Source: Flaccisagitta enflata (taxonomy: Eukaryota). From it: a stretch of 64,000 nucleotides of DNA. The stretch lies in NCBI GenBank assembly GCA_965153355.1, contig OZ231126.1, positions 31,682,001 to 31,746,000 on the forward strand, given 5' to 3'. Shown piece after piece: positions 48,970 through 64,000 of the stretch (position 1 is the first letter of the stretch; each line of letters begins with the position of its first letter). The notes under the pieces were generated by a model, which was given only the letters and a program-made list of their open reading frames with translations, ran no database searches and was not told where the DNA came from. The position numbers and the translations under genes were made by a program.

Positions 48970-51900
48970 CAGTTTTTTGTCCTGAACAAGACTGGACGGG
49001 GTACACGTCTGATTTTTTAGTGTACCCCATTAAAAACGCGTTTTTTCCATAAAAAAACACTTTGAAGTGGCGCTGACGCCAAACCAATTGACCAATGACT
49101 ATAAAATATTAGGTGAAGAAAAATATACATTTTTTTACTCGCATGTAAAATTTCAGCAAAATCGCTTCAGTAGAAGTGGAGCTATGGCGGTTTAAAGTCT
49201 GGGTCTATTTTCAAAAAAAGGGCTATGATTCAATTTTGGGGTAAAATTTCGTTTTTTTGAGCTTAAAGTCTGAAACTGTTTTTAGACATTCATTTCACCC
49301 TGATGCATGCAAGAAACAAAAAAAATTGTAAAAATCTGGTGTTTTTTTCATTTTTTGGCTTAAAAACCAAAAAATTGAGTCTCAAAATTTAGGCTAGATC
49401 TTCAAAAAAGGCTTGGTCAAGGAAAATATTGAAATCAAGGGCGCCCACTTGAGGAATCTATTGTCATGAAGTGTACCAACTTATTCCCAAACTTTCAGAG
49501 GGATACGCCAATCTGAAAAGACAAAAAATCACTTCAAAGTTCAACAAAAAAAGAACAAAAATTATGCACTTTTAGACTCCTTGGGACATATAGTAATGCT
49601 ACAGCCAAACGCCTCATCCGATTTGCCTAAAATTTTGCATGCAACTCCCAATATGTGAGGGGAATAAATGTGCCAAATTTCAGCCTCCTTATCAAACATT
49701 GAATTTTTTCAAATGTCCAAGCGGGTCTAAAAATGCAAAATTTTGGGATTTTTTTTTTAAACCTTGAAATGATTTTTTTGTCTTTTTAGGTTGGCGTACC
49801 CCTCTGAAAGTTTGGGAATAAGTTGATACACTTCATGACAATAGATTCCTCAAGTGGGCGCCCTTGATTTCAATATTTTCCTTGAACAAGCCTTTTTTGA
49901 AGATCCAACCTAAATTTTGAGACCTAATTTTTTGGTTTTTAGGTCAAAAAATGAAAAAAACGCTAGATTTTTTTAATTTTTTTTTTTTTGCATGTATTAG
50001 GTTAAAATGAAAGTCAAAAACAGTTTCAGACTTTTAGCTCAAAAAAAACAAAATTTTACCCCAAAACTGAAACATAGCCCTTTTTTTGAAAAAAGACCTA
50101 GACTTTAAACCGCCATAGCTCCGCTTTTACTGAACCGATTTAGCGGAAATTTTGCATGCAAGTAAAAAAAAGGCATATTTTTTTTTCACCTAAAACTTTA
50201 TACAGACGGGACCCTAATAAGAGCAGAGGAGGGACCCAAAGTTTTAGCATCACCCCCTACAGCCTATATGGCTCAAGCAATTTACTTAATTGCTATGGCG
50301 GATTACACCTTGGGTGGATACAATTGGCGCCACCGTGGCGATTTTTGAATTTCCACCTAAAACACCCTCAAATTTTTAAAATTGAAGAAAAAAAGCTTAA
50401 AAACAACAGTCCTCGACTGTAGTCTATTTGGTGTCTGACCCGGCAACTCAGTCTGACCCAGCTACTCAGTCTGACCCAGCTACTCAGTCTGACCCGGCTA
50501 CTCAGTCTGACCCGGCTACTCAGTCTGACCCGGCTACTCAGTCTGACCCGGCTACTCAGTCTGACCCGGCTACTCAGTCTGACCCGGCTACTCAGTCTGA
50601 CCCGGCTACTCAGTCTGACCCGGCTACTCAGTCTGACCCAGCTACCAATTGCATACAGAGGAAGGAGAAATATAAGATGTGAACCCCCCTAAAACTGTAG
50701 CACCCCCCCTTACAGCTCAAACTACAGCAATAAATAATGAATTTAACATTGCCAATTGTAGCTTATGACTATACAAGTGGCGCCACCAAAGCAATTTTGC
50801 AATTTCCATTCCAGTCTTAAATTATAATGGAAAAACGTTGATTTTTTGAACTTTTAGTAATAGTTAATTTTAATACTTTATTAAGCTATATCTTGACTTA
50901 GAAAACAAAAATGAAAAATCGCTCTGGTGACGCCACTTGTATTCATATAAACATTTTTCCTCTACCTTTAAAATATCTATAATCTAATTAGTTAGAGCTG
51001 TAGGGGGGGGTGCTACAGTTTTCAGGGGGTTCACACCTTATATTAACCTTCTCTTTGTACCTTAAAGTCCAAAAAGAAAAAAAAATCTTTTTCAAAAAAC
51101 ACAAACAATTCTTTTTAAAAAGAAAAAAAAATTTTCAAAAAAAAAAAAAAATTTAAAAATTTAAAAAAAAAAAATTTAAAAAAAAAAAATTTTTTTTTTT
51201 TCAAAAATTTTTTTTTTAAAAAATTTCAAAAGAAAAAAAAACATTTTTTTCGAAAAAATTTTTTTTTTTAAGTCGAAGAAATAATGTTACTAGATACATC
51301 ATAAATACCCTTATATTTTCTTAACCAATACTCAGAATTTACTGAAATCTTGCAGGGGAGCTTAAATTGATGCAATGAACCTTCACAACAAGTTTGAACA
51401 ACATTGGTGAACCTTTACTACCATTCCCCTATGTAAATTGCACAAGTCTAGGAATTAATATTACTAGCAAAATACCCTTATATCTTCTAAACCAATACTC
51501 AGAATTATCTGAAATCTTGCAGGGGAGCTTTAATTGATGCAACAAACCTTCACAACAAGTTTGAACAACATTGGTGAACCTTTACTACCCTTCCCCTATG
51601 TAAATTGCACAAGTCCAGGAATTAATATTACTACAAAAATAATAGGCAAAGGGTATTAAATATTTATGAATGTTGTTGAAAGTTGGTACACAGGTTAGTA
51701 ATGCCCTAAAAATAACACTGACCAAGTTTCATCAACATCTGAGTTGTGGTTCTCAAGTTTTTAAGGATTGACACAACGAACAACGAACGGCTTACTACAC
51801 GATCAGTGCTATGTTATAGTCCTCGACGTAAACTGATCGTCGAGGACAAAAATGGGTTTAATTTTTCGAGAGTCCAGAGGGTGATTTTGCAAAATCTAAG

Positions 51901-52197
51901 GGTGTTCTAGGTGGAAATTCAAAAATCGCCATGGTGGCGCCAATTGTATTCACCTAAGGTGTAAATCGCCGGAGCAAGTGAGAGAAATGCTTGAGTCATT
52001 TGAGCTGTAGGGGGTGATGCTAAAACTTTGGGTCCCTCCTCCGCTCTTATTAGGGTCCCGTCTGTAGTCATTGGTCAATTAGTTTGGCGTCAGCGTCACT
52101 TCAAAGTGTTTTTTTGGGGGAAACACGCGTTTTTTAACGGGGTACACTAAAAAATCAGACGTGTACCCCGTCCAGTCTTGTTCAGCACAAAGAACTG
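48970..52197. mobile_element. Palindromic element (arms 48970-49099 and 52067-52197) with a stack of insertions at its central TA
   Basis: The arms are reverse complements. Nested: palindromic MITE 49102-50200; TA-TSD MITE 50203-52064 (TIR CAGACGGGACCCTAATAAGAGC); Helentron-like copy 50388-51852 with an inner inverted-repeat element at about 50655-51058. Confidence 0.8.
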
Positions 52198-52698
52198 ACC
52201 CGTATGCAAATTTTCACAGCTTCTTCCAGATTCGCCGAGTTCTTTTTCTTAAATCCTGGACTAAATAGGCAAGCGCAAGGCATCTTCACAGTGCACGTTT
52301 AAAAACTGACACTAAAATGCATCACTCATCTGGGTTGACAGAGACAATTTCATGACATGGCTTCTTAGTTCAGTCGTTCTGAAGGTCACAATTCAATAAA
52401 AGGCAACAAACAAAACGATCCTAAACAACAATTCATTTCTTGAGCTAAAGCTAGCCACCAGCAAACATAGTTCTGCCTACTCAGATATTTCGAAATAATT
52501 TTGTCGATTGTTGAATATGGATTACAAGGGTCTTTATTCTATTGTTAAGATCTGTGTTTTTTTTCACATTCATAAATAAAACAAATTTGCGAGCATACTA
52601 AGTCAGCCAAGCATTAAGCAACGCATTAAGCAACCAATCAAGCAACCCCCAACCTACCAATGATACCTTCAATCAATCTTTCATCCAATAATCTAACA

Positions 52699-64000
<11,302 letters not shown>

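Noticed and set aside
50428-50682. (SDPATQ)n protein
   Set aside because: An 18-bp minisatellite inside a repeated Helentron-like element; no splice or start context.

Overview
AT-rich, microsatellite- and transposon-dense animal (invertebrate-like) nuclear DNA. Three spliced genes can be rebuilt by hand with phase-consistent GT-AG junctions. (1) A LIX1/Lowfat-family gene (+, 3041-9001, 5 coding exons, 432 aa). (2) A small secreted cysteine-rich precursor gene that the ORF track does not show as a gene (-, 27982 to about 24799), with a WAP-like tail whose frame is unresolved. (3) An ABCB-type half transporter (-, from beyond 64000 to 52699, 12 exons in the window). The rest is nested non-autonomous DNA transposons (TA, 8-bp and 5-bp TSD types, many palindromic), Helentron-like (HINE/DINE-type) elements, two Penelope-like retroelement relics and a decayed LTR retrotransposon. 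Most notable: the LTR element carries a reverse copy of almost a whole mature tRNA-Gly(GCC), from CCA back to position 10, instead of an 18-nt primer site. A fixed-geometry palindromic site (17-bp arms, 13-bp spacer) recurs in unrelated-looking mobile elements. All three genes have tandem duplications of their own splice junctions inside introns. A Transib-like element has RSS-like ends offset by 10 bp, and a 71-bp satellite grows out of the gag region. Coordinates were counted by eye and no database searches were run.
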